64,000 bases of DNA from Felis catus (GCF_018350175.1 NC_058383.1:8620001-8684000), one strand, 5' to 3'. Counted from the stretch's first letter, positions 11,220 through 23,855 are shown. Numbers and translations: made by a program. Notes: generated from the letters alone by a model not told the origin.

Positions 11220-14200
11220 CCCAGGTGGCCTTCAGAGTTTTCTTGGGCTTGCTGCCTCCCATTCCGGAGGTCTGAGTCTGGAGGCCCGGCCAGTGGTCTC
11301 CTGAGTCAGTGTGACCCCCCACAGTGGGTTCCCCTGGCTCGCCGAGACGGGGGCGGGGGGCGTGCTGTCTTCTGAGAACCAGCGCGGTCCGCTTCTTCCA
11401 TGGCCTCGCCTTGCCGGAAGGTAAAAGTGGGCTCCTTGGGTGCCAAGCGGGTTGCCTGTAGGGTCCCTGGTGCGATTCCGGATACAGGCATTGATTTGCC
11501 TTCTGGATCAGTCCTTGACCAGAGGAATCCCAGTGGCTGCACAGAAGGCACCCGGCTGGGTGAACCGTGGTCACGAAGCACAGGCCAAGGCCGCTGTTGC
11601 ACTGGGGTACGTGTGTGCATGTGTGGGACTGTAGGATCCTGCTCTCTCCTTTTCCCCTGCTCATGAACCTCGGTGGCGGGCGATGACAAACAGAAGTCGC
11701 CTTGGACTGGACAGGTGACTTCTGGGGGAAGAAAAGGACGTGTTTGTGGACTATAGGTGCGCATCAGTCCAGGATTGTATAAAAACCTACAGGAAAAGGC
11801 TGGCTTTCAAAAGCAACTAAAGGCCCACAGGACTCAAAGCACAAGAATATCCAGGATGCGTTATATAACGCGTGCCACCGAAAGGAACATTTTGAGCAAA
11901 CTTAGGAAAAGGATTTTTAAAAATGGCTTTCGCAAAAATACTCCTAGGAATGGGTCATAAAGGTTTGGAGAACTTGCCTTCAGGAAGTTCGGTTCCAGTG
12001 TGTTGACTGGTGATCGAAGCTTCTTGGGAGACATTTGGAAGTCTGTATTCCCTAGAAGCGGCCACCTCAGGAAGGATTTTTGAGGAGGGTGCGTGTCCCC
12101 CGCAAGAGTGGGCTTTGGGGGGCCTTTCCTCCTTATCGCGCATCCCCCAGACCCCTCTCGCTGGCCTCGTAAAGAAACAGATGGTGCACCAGAAATAGCT
12201 CAGAAGTCACGTTGGCTCCTGGCTGTATAAAGAGAAAGAACTGGGACCATAAAAATTTGAAATCTCCCAGGAAAGGAAATTACTCCCTCCATGAAATATC
12301 GATGTAAAGGGAGCATTTAAAAAGACAAAAATTATGAACCCAGATTCAAGTCGAACCAGGGACTATACCTTAACCTTTTTGAGAATTGTTAATTTAAAAG
12401 CAAATCGAATGAAATATAGACTATAAAAGCAAATTAAATCATTTTTATGCTTCCTGGGGCTTTGGCGTCACGTGACTGGAAGAGCTAATCGAGAAAAGCA
12501 GCTTTTGGACGGAGGACTGGGCTCGTGTCAGATCAAGCACAGGCTGTGACCCTTTATAGGGACGGGAGAGAAACTAGCCGAGCAAGGGCCCGCCCAGGGT
12601 TGGAAGGTCTGCAGATCGAGAGTTCTCCGGAACACGGTCCCCCTGCAAAGAGCATTTCCTCGAGCAGAGATCGCCCGTCCCCGCGTCCCGGCAGAGGGAG
12701 CAGATGTTCGAGAAAGGTGTCTTTGTCTCATCGATTGGGGGGTGCCCCCCAGCAGTTGATGTTTTATGTGGCGTAGGGGAAGCCGGGGCCGGGTTGCGTG
12801 TACCTACCTGCAGGAATAAACAATTCTTTTGAAACATCACTGGGGTGGGGGGAGAAACAAGGCAGCTTAAGATTTATCTGAAAAGGAAGTGGGAAGTTTA
12901 AGTTGCTGGAGATCTCATTACTGTCTGTCTCGCTAACCGTAATTAAAAAATGCCTGAATGATCTTAATAACACATGATTCAGCTGACAAGCACTAATTGC
13001 CCTGTATCAGGCCAAGGGAAGATGAATGTTGTCAAGAAAACCACAAGTCAGACAAGCTGATTCTCTCTTAGTCTGACACCGTGTTCCCATGTACAGACCA
13101 GTTTTTACTGGAGCCCTTCCAGCATCAAAAGAAGCTCTTTACCTTGCCATTAATTTTCATCGCTGGCAGGCCCGAGTTGTTTGTGACGAGCTGTTCTCGT
13201 TACTCCTGCTTGCCGGCTCGAGAGCCCGGCTCTGCAGACAAAATGTAAATATGTTTCTTGCTCTTATCTTGGTCCTTTTTAAGAAAAGAAATCCGTTCCC
13301 ATTCAATACTAATGCCCCGGTGGGCTTGTCAGTGAATTACATGGCATTTGGGAATTGATTTTCTGACGCTCCCGATTTGTCAGGAATTTCTTCTGCCTTT
13401 TCAGCAACAATTTGACAGAACCTGTTGGGCCACCGAATCATGTGATCGGGGATTCGGTCTGCAGAGAAAAGGGAACCAACAACTCCGCGTCACTCACTCG
13501 GGCATCCAGAAACCTCCCGGAAGGGGGGGTTTGTGAAGACAGAGTGGGGAAAAAGAATGACGTTGGCTCCTTCCTGCACTTCTGCAGGACGGCCGAGTCA
13601 CTTTGTCACACTGGAACTGAGTCACAGTCGGAATCTAATACAGAAAATCAGTTCCCAAAAGGGGGCCAAGTGACCCTGTGCTTCTGAGCAAGCGCAGCGC
13701 GCCAGTGGGCGAAGGAGCCACGAGAATAATCACGCCCTTGCCGGCCTTGACCGCCCACCGCGGCCCTTGGCACCAGGCCCCGAGCTGGGGGGAGGAGGAT
13801 GGACGTGGAGCCTGCCCTCATCTCTGCGGGAAAACACAGTGGCAGAGTCCTGCTGACGAGCATCTTCTGTGATAGCCTTGTCCCCTGCCCTCTGGAGAGG
13901 CAGGCCATCTGGGGATGGAGAGGTTGGTTCAGAAACCTGGCAGAGCTGGGCCCTGGCCGTGGGGTCCAGGGCACGGTTCTCGCCATCTCTGAGCCAGCGT
14001 CCTTGACTGAGAAAGGACCCCCCCCCCCCCCCCCCCCCCCCGCCCAGGGCGGAGATGAGGTCTCAGTGCGGACGCTCAGGGCGACAACGCTTAGCACAGT
14101 GCTTGGGTCCGGAAGGGCTGGTCCGTGTCACTCTACGGTTACTGCCTTACAGGGTTGAGGAGTGGAAGAGGCCGATGAGGCTAGTAAATCCATGAGCACG

Positions 14201-16879
14201 CATGTAAGCCAGCCCACTAACTCAGTGAGGCGCCAGTGGCTAGTTCCTAACGTTCCCTGCTAGAGGGCTGATGACCAGCTGACAGTGACACCGTGGAGCC
14301 CCCCCCCTCCCACAGCTTTCGGTTTAGCCTACTTACCCTAAGTGTCTCGTTTCAGAGACCTATTTTCCTGAAATTTGAAAAAAAAAAAAAAAAAAAGTGA
14401 AAATTTGCAACGGTCATCAAATACCATCGGTGCGACTTCATTGTAGGAAAAAAAAAAAGGATCGCCGGGGAAGCCGTGCATGGAAATGAAGTCAGGGTGC
14501 CTGCCCTTCCTGGTCTCCCACTCAGAACCTGAGTCTGGGGGCGCCTCCCATCACCCTTCGACTTTGAAACCCGGAAACCCGGGACCCTGTGCAGAGCTGC
14601 GTGTAGGTGCTCGGGACAGGAGCCACTGAGGCAGGTGTTCCAGGAGGAGCCAACCACGCACCACAGTGTGTGTGGTCCCTGCTCCCAGCCGGGCTCCTTG
14701 ATCGGGATCTTCCTTTCGTGATGACCTGGTGACCTCTGGAGTCTCTTGAGGCCCGGAATCCCCCACCTCAGGATATCCTGGGATTTGAGAATCAGGCTTG
14801 TGAAGCCCCCACTGTTCTAAGAAACAGCACCTCTGTGTGGTGTTATGTCCCCTTTGTTGTTTAACAACAAAGCTCTGAGTCACTGCAAACGGGGACCAGA
14901 GAATCCAGATCATTGACTGATTCCCAGCCCCAACCTTACAGGCTCAGTTTTAAAATTTTTAGGCTGTGAAGGGGATGGTTGTTCATTTAATCTTTCTATC
15001 TTACCGATTTTTTGTGTGGAGGAATGGTGTTCATCACCCTGGTTTTTTTTGTTTGTTTGTTTTGTTTTTTTTTTTTTTGATCAAGTTATTTATATTACGG
15101 GGTGAGTCTGTCACACGGTCTGAATACGGAACGTTGCCATCTTTTTAATCAGAACTCTGCCAGTAATTTCTGTTTACAATAGAGCTATTGAAATTATATT
15201 GGGATGAAACTAACATAATATAGAAATTGTTGGCTTGCGTGCGATTTTTATAATATGTACATGCAGACAGAGTTGGCTTTAGTTCAGAAGGCTACTTCTG
15301 TTTATTGTTGTGCTTTTATTAGCTCATGTTAGAGAGCCCCCACGGTGTACCAGATGCTATTGAGAAATTCGGGGGAATGGAGTCCCTGGCCACAGACCTC
15401 GAGATCTCTCGTCTTATCTGTAGTTAAGAGTCCTCCTGATAGATTCCCAGAAATAATCTGATGCCAGAACTCCTTGCTTTTCTCCCACGGTTTGATATGT
15501 GCTTTTCTCTGCCCTGTAATTGCCGCAGCGCTGGTTTGTAGAGGGGTAGGGAAGGCAGTGTGCTCCGGGGAGGGGGGAGGGGGGAGGGGGCTCGTCTCAG
15601 CGACCAGGTGCAGTTTTGGAAAGGTGATTGTTCAACCCCCCGGCAGGGTAGTTGAGTGTTGCACAGTCTCCTGCGAGGAGTGCCTGGGAAAGCAGGCTTC
15701 TCCAGGAGAGCAGATCAGAGCTTTTAGGTGGGGCTCTGAGAACGGAATACACGCGGTTGTCAGTTTCATGGATTACCGTTAATTCTGTTTAATGTCCTTT
15801 CCCCCCCTCCTTTTTGCAAAGTCCTGTGCATTATAGAACATTGACTTTAGCATAGAAGTGCTTAATACTTGATTTGGCACTTTAATGGATATTTACACAG
15901 TGACACCACAGATGTTGGATAAACAGGGGATTTGTTCTAATGAGATCTTCAGTGATTCGAAGCCGTTTTCCCCCTTGCCTTCTGGAATGCTGGGCTCCAC
16001 TTCTGCCTAGTTGTGGTGGTGCCAGAGCCACAGAATGCTCTTCTCTGGAGCGTTCCGCTCACTCCGGTCTCCTGGCTTCCTCACTGGGTTTCAGGCGCTT
16101 TGAAGCACCAGCTTCCTCTCTTCTGTGTGTGTGTGCCCTCTGCAGCGCCTACTTCTGTGATTTGCATGTAGCGGAAATACTTGTTGAACTGAATTATTTT
16201 TACACACGAGTCTTTCATGTGGCCGGCGTTTTGAGGTCTGTTTCCTTTGGCTGGAGGCGGGGAGAAATCTTCCAGTCCCCCGAGGAGCATCGATAGCTTC
16301 AGGTACAGGGGCGCCCTGCCCTCCTCGGGGGGCGGTGCACGAGGCGCGTGCCCGCATCCCCCTGGACAGCATTCAGGCAGAGAGGACAGTGGTTTGTCAG
16401 TGGTGACAGTCAGGGGGGGTATCTCGAGGCCTCTGGATGGACGCTGTAGGAGAAGTAGTCCCTCCCGTGGCCGGGCTGAAGGGGAAGAGGGGAGAGAGAA
16501 GGCATCGAAGACCTCAGAGTTCCCTGGCCCTTCAAGGCCCAGCTCGGTGCCGTCAGGACGTCCTCTCTGTATCTTGTGGATTAGCCGGTAAATATCCATG
16601 CGTTCCAAGGATGTTTTGCCTGGCTCTTTCTGACGGAAAACCCGGGCTCACGCTTAGGGGATGTTTGCTCTGTGCGCCGGGGACTGGTCTGAGCTCTTCC
16701 AACTGAGCCATCCCTCATGAGGAGGAAAGTGAGGCGCTGGTAGCGGTTCTGGCCCCAGGGTCCCTGTGACCCCCTGGGAAGACACTCCGGGAGTGGCAGG
16801 TGAAGTTGCTCAGGCCTCTCCTGTCTCCTGACAGACCCAGGTCTCTGTGTGGGCGTGAGCCCAGAGGCCTTGCCGGACG

Positions 16880-16905
16880 TCAGTCCCAGCCTCAGTCCCA
16901 GCCTC
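16880..16905. repeat. 12-bp tandem duplication (TCAGTCCCAGCC x2)
   Basis: Exact adjacent copies at 16880-16891 and 16892-16903. Confidence 0.85.
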
Positions 16906-18045
16906 GGGAGCCTGCAGGGACTCCCCTTGCGAGGGGCGCCGGCTCTTTGCGCTGACTCTTCTGTTGACTCAGCCACACTCGGCACTCCTGGTGGGGGCGC
17001 CCAACAGTACCCCCCTCCCACACTGCTCACTGAACGCTTACAGTCCCATGTGAGGACCCCCACGGGCAGTGTGGGTTTGGAAGGTCCCGGTCTTGTAAGT
17101 GTGGACCACAGCCTGGCTGAAGTTGGATTTTTGTCCCCAAGGATGCAGCAGCGCCCCCCCCCCCCCCCGAGGGGGGGGGCGGTGGTCAGGTGGGCTCTGG
17201 CTTTTGTGGGAGGCCCCGCACACGGCCACTGCCGTCCCTTTCCTCCTGCTGGCTCTGGGTCACCTGTACCCTGTTGGGATTTGGAGGCAGCCTGAGGCTC
17301 ACACGTTTCCTGGCCTGCCGGGGTTTCGGGACTCTGGGACCCCGGGACTCTGCCACAGCGCGGCCCCCACCCCGTCCCGGGCACAGATCCGGGAAAGCAG
17401 TTGTGCCCAAGAATAGGTGTTCTTGCGAACGGGATCACGGCAGGGTGGGGGGGTCGCCTCTGGGCTGGTGGACGCTGGAGGTGAGGCTCTAAAGGAGCTC
17501 TGTGACTCAGAGATTCGGAGAGGGAGGCCCCGACTTGGGGTGTTGGGGGTCCTGGCAGCACTGCCTCCCCCCTTCCCCTCTTTGTAACTGCCCAGTCCTC
17601 CATCCCTTCCCCTCTGAACTGTGTCTTGACAAAGAGGGCGAGACCCAAGACACTGGCATCAGCCTTGAGACCACCTGCATGGACCCTGGGCCACGGACAC
17701 CCCCCCGGCCCTGACAGGGGCCTCTGGGAGGAGCCAGCAAGTGGGGCGGGACCCTCAACCACTGCTCAGTACAAGCTCCTGAGCCGCATTTGTTCTCAAA
17801 CGGCATTTCTTACTCTTAGTACCCAAACCAAACAGTACCTAGTGATGACAACGACCTTGATTTTGCTTAGAAGCTTTCAGTTCTTAGGTGTCTTTTGGCT
17901 TATGTGCAGCTCAGCGGTCATGGGGACCTCAGTACGCTCACTCCAGGAGAGCACACGCAAGGCTAAATAACTGATGTGTTAAGTTATATAGAGTTGAATT
18001 TAGGGATTTCCAGGAGAAAGCTCACTGAAAGACAGTTCGCCAAAC

Positions 18046-18120
18046 TTTTTTTTCTTCGAGTTTATTTATTTCCTTTGAAAGAAAGAAAGAGAATGAGCTG
18101 GGCGGGGGGGGGGGGGGGTG

Positions 18121-18158
<38 letters not shown>

Positions 18159-18296
18159 CCCAGTCAGGCCCCGTCCGCACTGCTAGTGTGGAGACTGATG
18201 GGGGCTCGACCTCATTAGCCATGAGATCATGACCTGAGCTGAAATCCAGAAATCCAGAGTCGGACACTCCACTGACCGAGCCACCCACACACCCCT
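18046..18296 (-). mobile_element. CAN-SINE with expanded (GA)n and G15 run
   Basis: Poly-T/tttatttattt tail, (GA)n, gagatcatgacctgagctgaaatc, ctgaccgagccaccca; internal 8-bp duplication gaaatcca. Confidence 0.9.
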
Positions 18297-21200
18297 CACT
18301 AAACATTCATAAGTGTTTTCCTTGTGCCTGGCAACATGTTTCGTCTCATTTAATTCCCCTGGCTGTTAAACTAAACTCATGTTAGCTTTCGGATTTACAT
18401 ACACGTGCTTATATTCGTGTTTGCTTGTAAATAAAAGTCCTTAACACTTAACTGGTTTACTGCCCTTCCTCCTATACACCGTCAGCCTGAAGATCGTGTT
18501 CCCTGTGGTGATTTCACTTCCCAAACTGCGCGACCAGACGAATGAATGAACGAGGCTCAGTCTTTCTCCCCGGGATCCGGCCCACAGGAGACGGTCATTA
18601 AAGCTTGCTGAATTGAATCAGTTCTCACAAAACCCCATACACTTAGTATCACTCCTGTTTTGCGGATTAGGAAATTGATGCTCAGAGAGAGAATTTTTCC
18701 CCCGAGGGTGGCTGTGCCATTCCAATCCAGGTCTTTTACTCTGTGCCACGACTTTGTCTCCAGGCGCACATTAGCTTTTGGGTTTTGTTTTCCCCCTTCC
18801 TTTCGTTTTGTACTCACTTTCAGCTTTCAAGGATTCATGAAATAGTGAGGTGTTCAGGAAATAATTTCTTAGGAGGAACTCTGCCGTTGCAAATACAGTA
18901 TTGCTGGCTGCATGCAGGGTGGCGTGAACCTCCTGTCATAAATAGTGATTGGAGGTGCTCTGTTTTCTGGAGATCCAAGCTTTCCTACCCCTGCTCAGCC
19001 CAGATGGGATACCAGGGTCTTTGTAGTAGAGAGACGGCCGCCCTGGAAGTAAATCCTGAAAGTGGGGCGTCCCAAATGATCTGGGGAGAAGGAAAGCCAG
19101 TGGCAGGAAAGGACTAGAAGAAGAGAGTGCTAGGAAAAACGGGGTCACAGATGAACAGGTTTTCGCACCAGGGCGGCCTCACGTGGATGACAGGCAGGCA
19201 GGACAAGGAGACCTGAAGCTGGCAGTGTTCAGGGACCTAAAGAGTGGGGGCGCTGGGGGTGCTGGGGACGCTTTTGGCTCAGAGCAGAAACCCCATCCTG
19301 GCACAGTGGGGTAAGTGGGCACTGGTCAGAGAAGGGCAGGGCGGCGGTTCCAGAGGTAACAAAGGTCCAGACAGTGACCCAAATGGGGACACGAGAGCTT
19401 GGTCCGAGCAGACCGACAGGAGGGCTCTTATCCCCGGAAGCCCCATCTCTCCTGCCTTGGGTCCAACCTGGCCGGACAGCCGAGCCTACTCTCGTGGGCA
19501 GGAGTCAGGGCTGGAGGGGGCGAAGCACCTGGCAGAGCCCTGCGCTGGATTTACTGGGGTCAGAGCGATACACATGCCTTACGTTTTTAAGTTGCTGCTT
19601 TTGTGGGTTAGTCTGGGGCAAAAGGGAGGGTCTCTTAAAAGAGAAACATGAGCTCCAGTCTCTTTTGTGTGTATTCTCCCTGCTAGAACACAAATCTACG
19701 TTCCTGTTTTCTGAATTGCATTTCTTCGAATTTTTAAGTCCTTACATACTTCGTGAACTGGGCTCGTTAACCTCGGACTTTTCCATGGCTGTGGTCACTG
19801 CCACCTGCCCCCTCTCACTTGACACGCCGTGAGGTCTTTTTTATTTCTGAAGTGTGGTTTGACATTGTCTAAGCTGCTGCTTGCTTCTTATTTTCGACTC
19901 CTCTTTTGTCACTTAAGTAGGATGTCTTCATTCTTATTTAGCGTTAGATCACTTAGCAGATTTTTTTTTTTTGCTGTTTTTTTTAAATGTTTTTGTATCG
20001 CGTTTTGAACATTTTCCTGTGGAAAGATCTTTCACGTTTGCTGCAGATCCTGTGATTCTGTCTCGAAGATATTTAACTGTTAGATGTAGACACCAGACAC
20101 ACTTGGTGCAATCATTCATTGAGAACTCTACCCCAGGGAAGTTGGCTGTTTAAAACGAGATCCCAGAATCGGACCTTCTAAGAATGCACATCGGACGAAG
20201 ATTCACTTGATGATGGGCGTGTATTTCTGACCTGTGCTAGGGGCTTCCGGGGAGTCTGAGGGAAAATGAGACAGCTCCCGTCTCCTAGGAGCTGTGTTTA
20301 GTAGGGCCAAGAGGACCCACTAGTAACTGAAAGCCGCACAGAATGTGCCATGTGCCGTGTGACACAGAGGACAGGCAGGGGAGAACAGAGAAGGATTCAA
20401 AGAGATGGTGGCATTTGGTTTCCAAATTTGGGGCTGTTGGGTTCAGATATTAAATTTGGGGTGATAGTCTGCAGTTTTTATCCCCCCCCCCAAATTCAAA
20501 GGCATTGTGACATTTGGGTTTTTAAACCAGTTGGTGTGGGCATTGAATTTCTGTACAGAGAACACCTGCTCATTTTTTTTCATCATCTCTTCCACTGCAT
20601 AGTAAGTTAGCATTTAGTCAGTAAATGCTAAAGTGTATCCCGTGTAAGGCTTTGTTGTTGCTGCCGCTGTGGATGAACGGGGTTGCCTTATTCTGTTTCA
20701 CATAGACTGTAGACTGGAAGCCCCGTGTGGGTATGGGCAGGGCTCATTTTAGCTTTTTGTCCCCACAAACGGACCCACCAGAGGTGAGGGACTCACCCGA
20801 TGGTCTTTGAAGGAGTCAGATGCCAGGAGCGTCCTTCATGGGTCTAAACGGCGAGGCCGTCCATGTCCTGTCCCTTTCCTCGCTCTGGGCTGACCAGTGG
20901 CAAGCGGAGGACGGTGGACCCCTTGAGAAAACAGCTCTGAGAGGCAGTTTGTCAGTCAGATTCTTTTCATCTTAGGTTTTGGTGTTGCTCCTTTCTCTCC
21001 CATTTGGTAATGGTTTAGCACATTTTAAATAAGATACACAAGCTGCCTTTAGCTGGCATCAAGTGTCGTTTAATCTGGAGAGAAAATGTTAGCGCCTTCA
21101 TTTGCAAAGCAGAGCGCTGTGGTACCATATTCTGGAGCGTCTTCTGGTGGTTCTGTTTTTCGAAACTTACTGTGGGCTTCTAATTACCCTCATTTAGCCG

Positions 21201-21746
21201 TCCAGGGCAGAAACTGTCACTTCAACAAGAAAATTTTGTAATGAGCCAGAGGAAATGGGCTCGTCATTACTCTGTTATATGCAGCCTAAAAATCTGTGTG
21301 GATTTTTATTTCAGGAGAAAGTGACTGTTTAATTGAAAAATGCTCTTAAAGTGTCCTTTCCCTTGCCGTCAGGCCCTTGTTAACGCGTCTACATTCAAGC
21401 GAGAGTCCGTTAAAATGGGTGCCCCTTTGCCAAAATACTTCTTCCCTTTCTCATTTCTTGTGCAGAATTCTGTGGTGCTAGATCTATTTTTGTTTAATTA
21501 GGCCCTGCAAGAATATGAAGGAGAGTGGTATTTAAATTTTTTAGACCATTAAAGGACCTAAAACCATCCTAGACGAGAGGCACAAAAAATTAACTTTAAT
21601 ATTTATTATGTGGAGAAAACCAATACAGAGAATATTTCCAGAAACCTTCTCTCTTTTTCCTTCCTCGGACGGCTAAGATTAATAGCAGGCCAGAAAGCAG
21701 GGATGTTTACTGTTACTTCTTGTTCTGTTACCAGAAAATAAGTCTT

Positions 21747-21970
21747 TTTTTTTTTTTAATTTTTAATTTTTTTAATATTTATTTATTTTTGAGAGACAGA
21801 ATGCAAGTGGGGGAGGGGCAGAGAGAGAGGGAGCCACAGAACCCGAAGCAGGCTCCAGACTCTGAGCTGTCAGCACAGAGCCCGATGTGGAGCTCGAACT
21901 CAAAGAGTCGTGAGATCATGACCTGAGCCGAAGTCGGACGCTCAACGGACTGAGCCACCCAGGTGTCCCC
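21747..21970 (-). mobile_element. Feline CAN-SINE (SINEC_Fc-like)
   Basis: Full antisense SINE; flanked by AGAAAATAAGTCTT (21733-21746) and AGAAAATAACTTTT (21971-21984). Confidence 0.95.
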
Positions 21971-21984
21971 AGAAAATAACTTTT

Positions 21985-22618
21985 TTAAAAAAATTTAATT
22001 TAATTTAATTTTTTTTTAATTTACATCCAAATTAGTTAGCATATTGTGTAACAATGATTTCACGGGTAGATTCCTTAGTGCCCCTTACCCATTTAGCCCA
22101 TCCCCCCCCACAACCCCTCCAGTAACCCTCAGTTTGTTCTCCATATTTATGAGTCTCTTTTGTTTTGTCTCCCTCCGTTTTTATATTATTTTTATTTCCC
22201 TTCCCTTATGTTCATCTGTTTTGTCTCTTAAAGTCCTCATATGAGTGAAGTCATATGATTTTTGTCTTTCTCTGACTGATTTCACTTGCATAATACCCTC
22301 CAGTTCCATCCACGTAGTCGCAAATGGCAAGATTTCATTCTTTTTGATTGCCGAGTAATACTCCATTGTGTATGTAGACCACATCTTCTTTATGCATTCA
22401 TCCATCGATGGACATTTGGGCTCTTTCCATACTTTGGCTATTGTCGGTAGTGCTGCTATAAACATGGGGGTGCCTGTGTCTCTTTGAAACAGCACGCCTG
22501 TATCCCATGGATAAACGCCTAGTAATGCAGTTGCTGGGTCCTAGGGTAGTTCTATTTTTAGTTTTTTGAGGAACCTTCATACTGTTTTCCAGAGTGGCTG
22601 CACCAGCTTGCATTCCCA
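21985..22618 (-). mobile_element. 5'-truncated carnivore/feline L1 (about 630 bp: ORF2 C-terminus, 3' UTR, A-rich tail)
   Basis: ORF 22181-22495(-) encodes TPMFIAALPTIAKVWKEPKCPSMDECIKKMWSTYTMEYYSAIKKNEILPFATTWMELEGIM, the L1 ORF2p C-terminus (frameshifted relative to 22398-22619); flanked by TSD-like AGAAAATAACT(T/C)TT at 21971 and 22619. Confidence 0.95.
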
Positions 22619-22658
22619 AGAAAATAACTCTTAAGAGGGAATAGAAGCTGTCAGTCTC

Positions 22659-22886
22659 GGGGCGCCTGGGTGGCTCAGTTGGTTGAGCGTCCGACTTCGG
22701 CTCAGGTCACGATCTCGTGGTATGTGAGTTCAAGCCCCACGTCGGGCTCTGTGCTGACTGCTCAGAGCCTGGAGCCTGTTTCAGATTCTGTGTCTCCCTC
22801 TCTCTCTGACCCTCCCCCGTTCATGCTCTGTCTCTCTCTGTCTCAAAAATAAATAAACGTTAAAAAAAAAAAATTAAAAAAAAAAA
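22659..22886 (+). mobile_element. Feline CAN-SINE (SINEC_Fc-like) with 16-bp TSD
   Basis: ggggcgcctgggtggctcag...ctcagagcctggagcctg...(CT)n...aataaa and poly-A; TSD AGAAGCTGTCAGTCTC (22643-22658) / AGAAACTGTCAGTCTC (22887-22902). Confidence 0.96.
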
Positions 22887-23812
22887 AGAAACTGTCAGTC
22901 TCCTTGCATTTTGGGTGGCAGGTTGTAAATTTTATAACTCACCATATAAGAAAATGTTGCTTCCTAACATGATCCCATTTATCTTTGATAGAATGGTCCT
23001 AATTTCTACTTCGATAGGGATTCCTTTGAAAATGTTCACATGGAAGACAAAACCATGTGCGAAAGACTTGCCTCGTACATAGAAAGTTCTTACGACACCA
23101 GTTCTGGGGGCACCGAGCAGGCTGGCCCTGGCCCACAAGAAACTCGGCAGGAAGCATACCTGGGGCCCAGCCTGTGAATGTTCCTTTCATCCTTGGGGCA
23201 GCCATACCCATTTGGGCTGAGGGTTAGCCAGACACTTTTGTGGAATGATGCATAGACCTCGTTGCATCGAAGGTAGGCTCAATGGGCACAGAGCAGGAAG
23301 GGGGGATCCCCGCCTGGCTCGGGCTCTTGTATTTCCCCTGTTTGTTGGAGTCCCCCGAACTGGATTGGCTGTAGGGGCGGAAAAGATTGTCAGCACTATG
23401 TAAATGAGACAGGAATGCACATCTCATGCAGATAATTTCTATGTAGATAATTTGCCATAAAAATTTATACTGCAGTCCTTAAAACCTTCGGAGATTTAGT
23501 CTGTCTAGGGAAAGGTGATTTATATAGCATTAAAACACTTTTTATGTTCTAGCCCTTTAGATTTAATGTTTATTGCCTATAAAAATGAAATCTTCTCGTG
23601 GATATTTAAAAGTTTTGGTACTGTGTGAAATATATATTCAAGTTAGAGCCTGCAATGCTTTGGAGATGCAGTAAATAAGGGGCACACTCTTTGCTCCAAA
23701 ATCCACGCTACTGTTTGGGCCCATGTCTGTGCTTTGCACACTTAGGAGGTTGTACGGGTATGGGGCCTCGTCACCATGGTGAGGTTGCCTGGTAGGAAAA
23801 TGTTTTATATGG

Positions 23813-23816
<4 letters not shown>

Positions 23817-23852
<36 letters not shown>
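23817..23852. repeat. (TG)18 microsatellite at a SINE tail
   Basis: Counted directly. Confidence 0.95.

Positions 23853-23855
<3 letters not shown>

Noticed and set aside
11858..11871. Perfect 14-bp palindrome GCGTTATATAACGC
   Set aside because: About 4 palindromes of this length are expected by chance in 64 kb (64000/4^7).
16581..17762. Longest ORF in the track (393 aa, minus strand)
   Set aside because: Pro/Gly/Arg/Ala-rich low-complexity translation of GC-rich DNA, with a non-ATG start, a homopolymer hairpin inside, no recognisable domain, and similar ORFs in other frames; expected by chance.
22659..22745. tRNA-like A/B boxes as tRNA genes (all SINE heads)
   Set aside because: They continue into CAN-SINE bodies with CT tracts, poly-A tails and TSDs.
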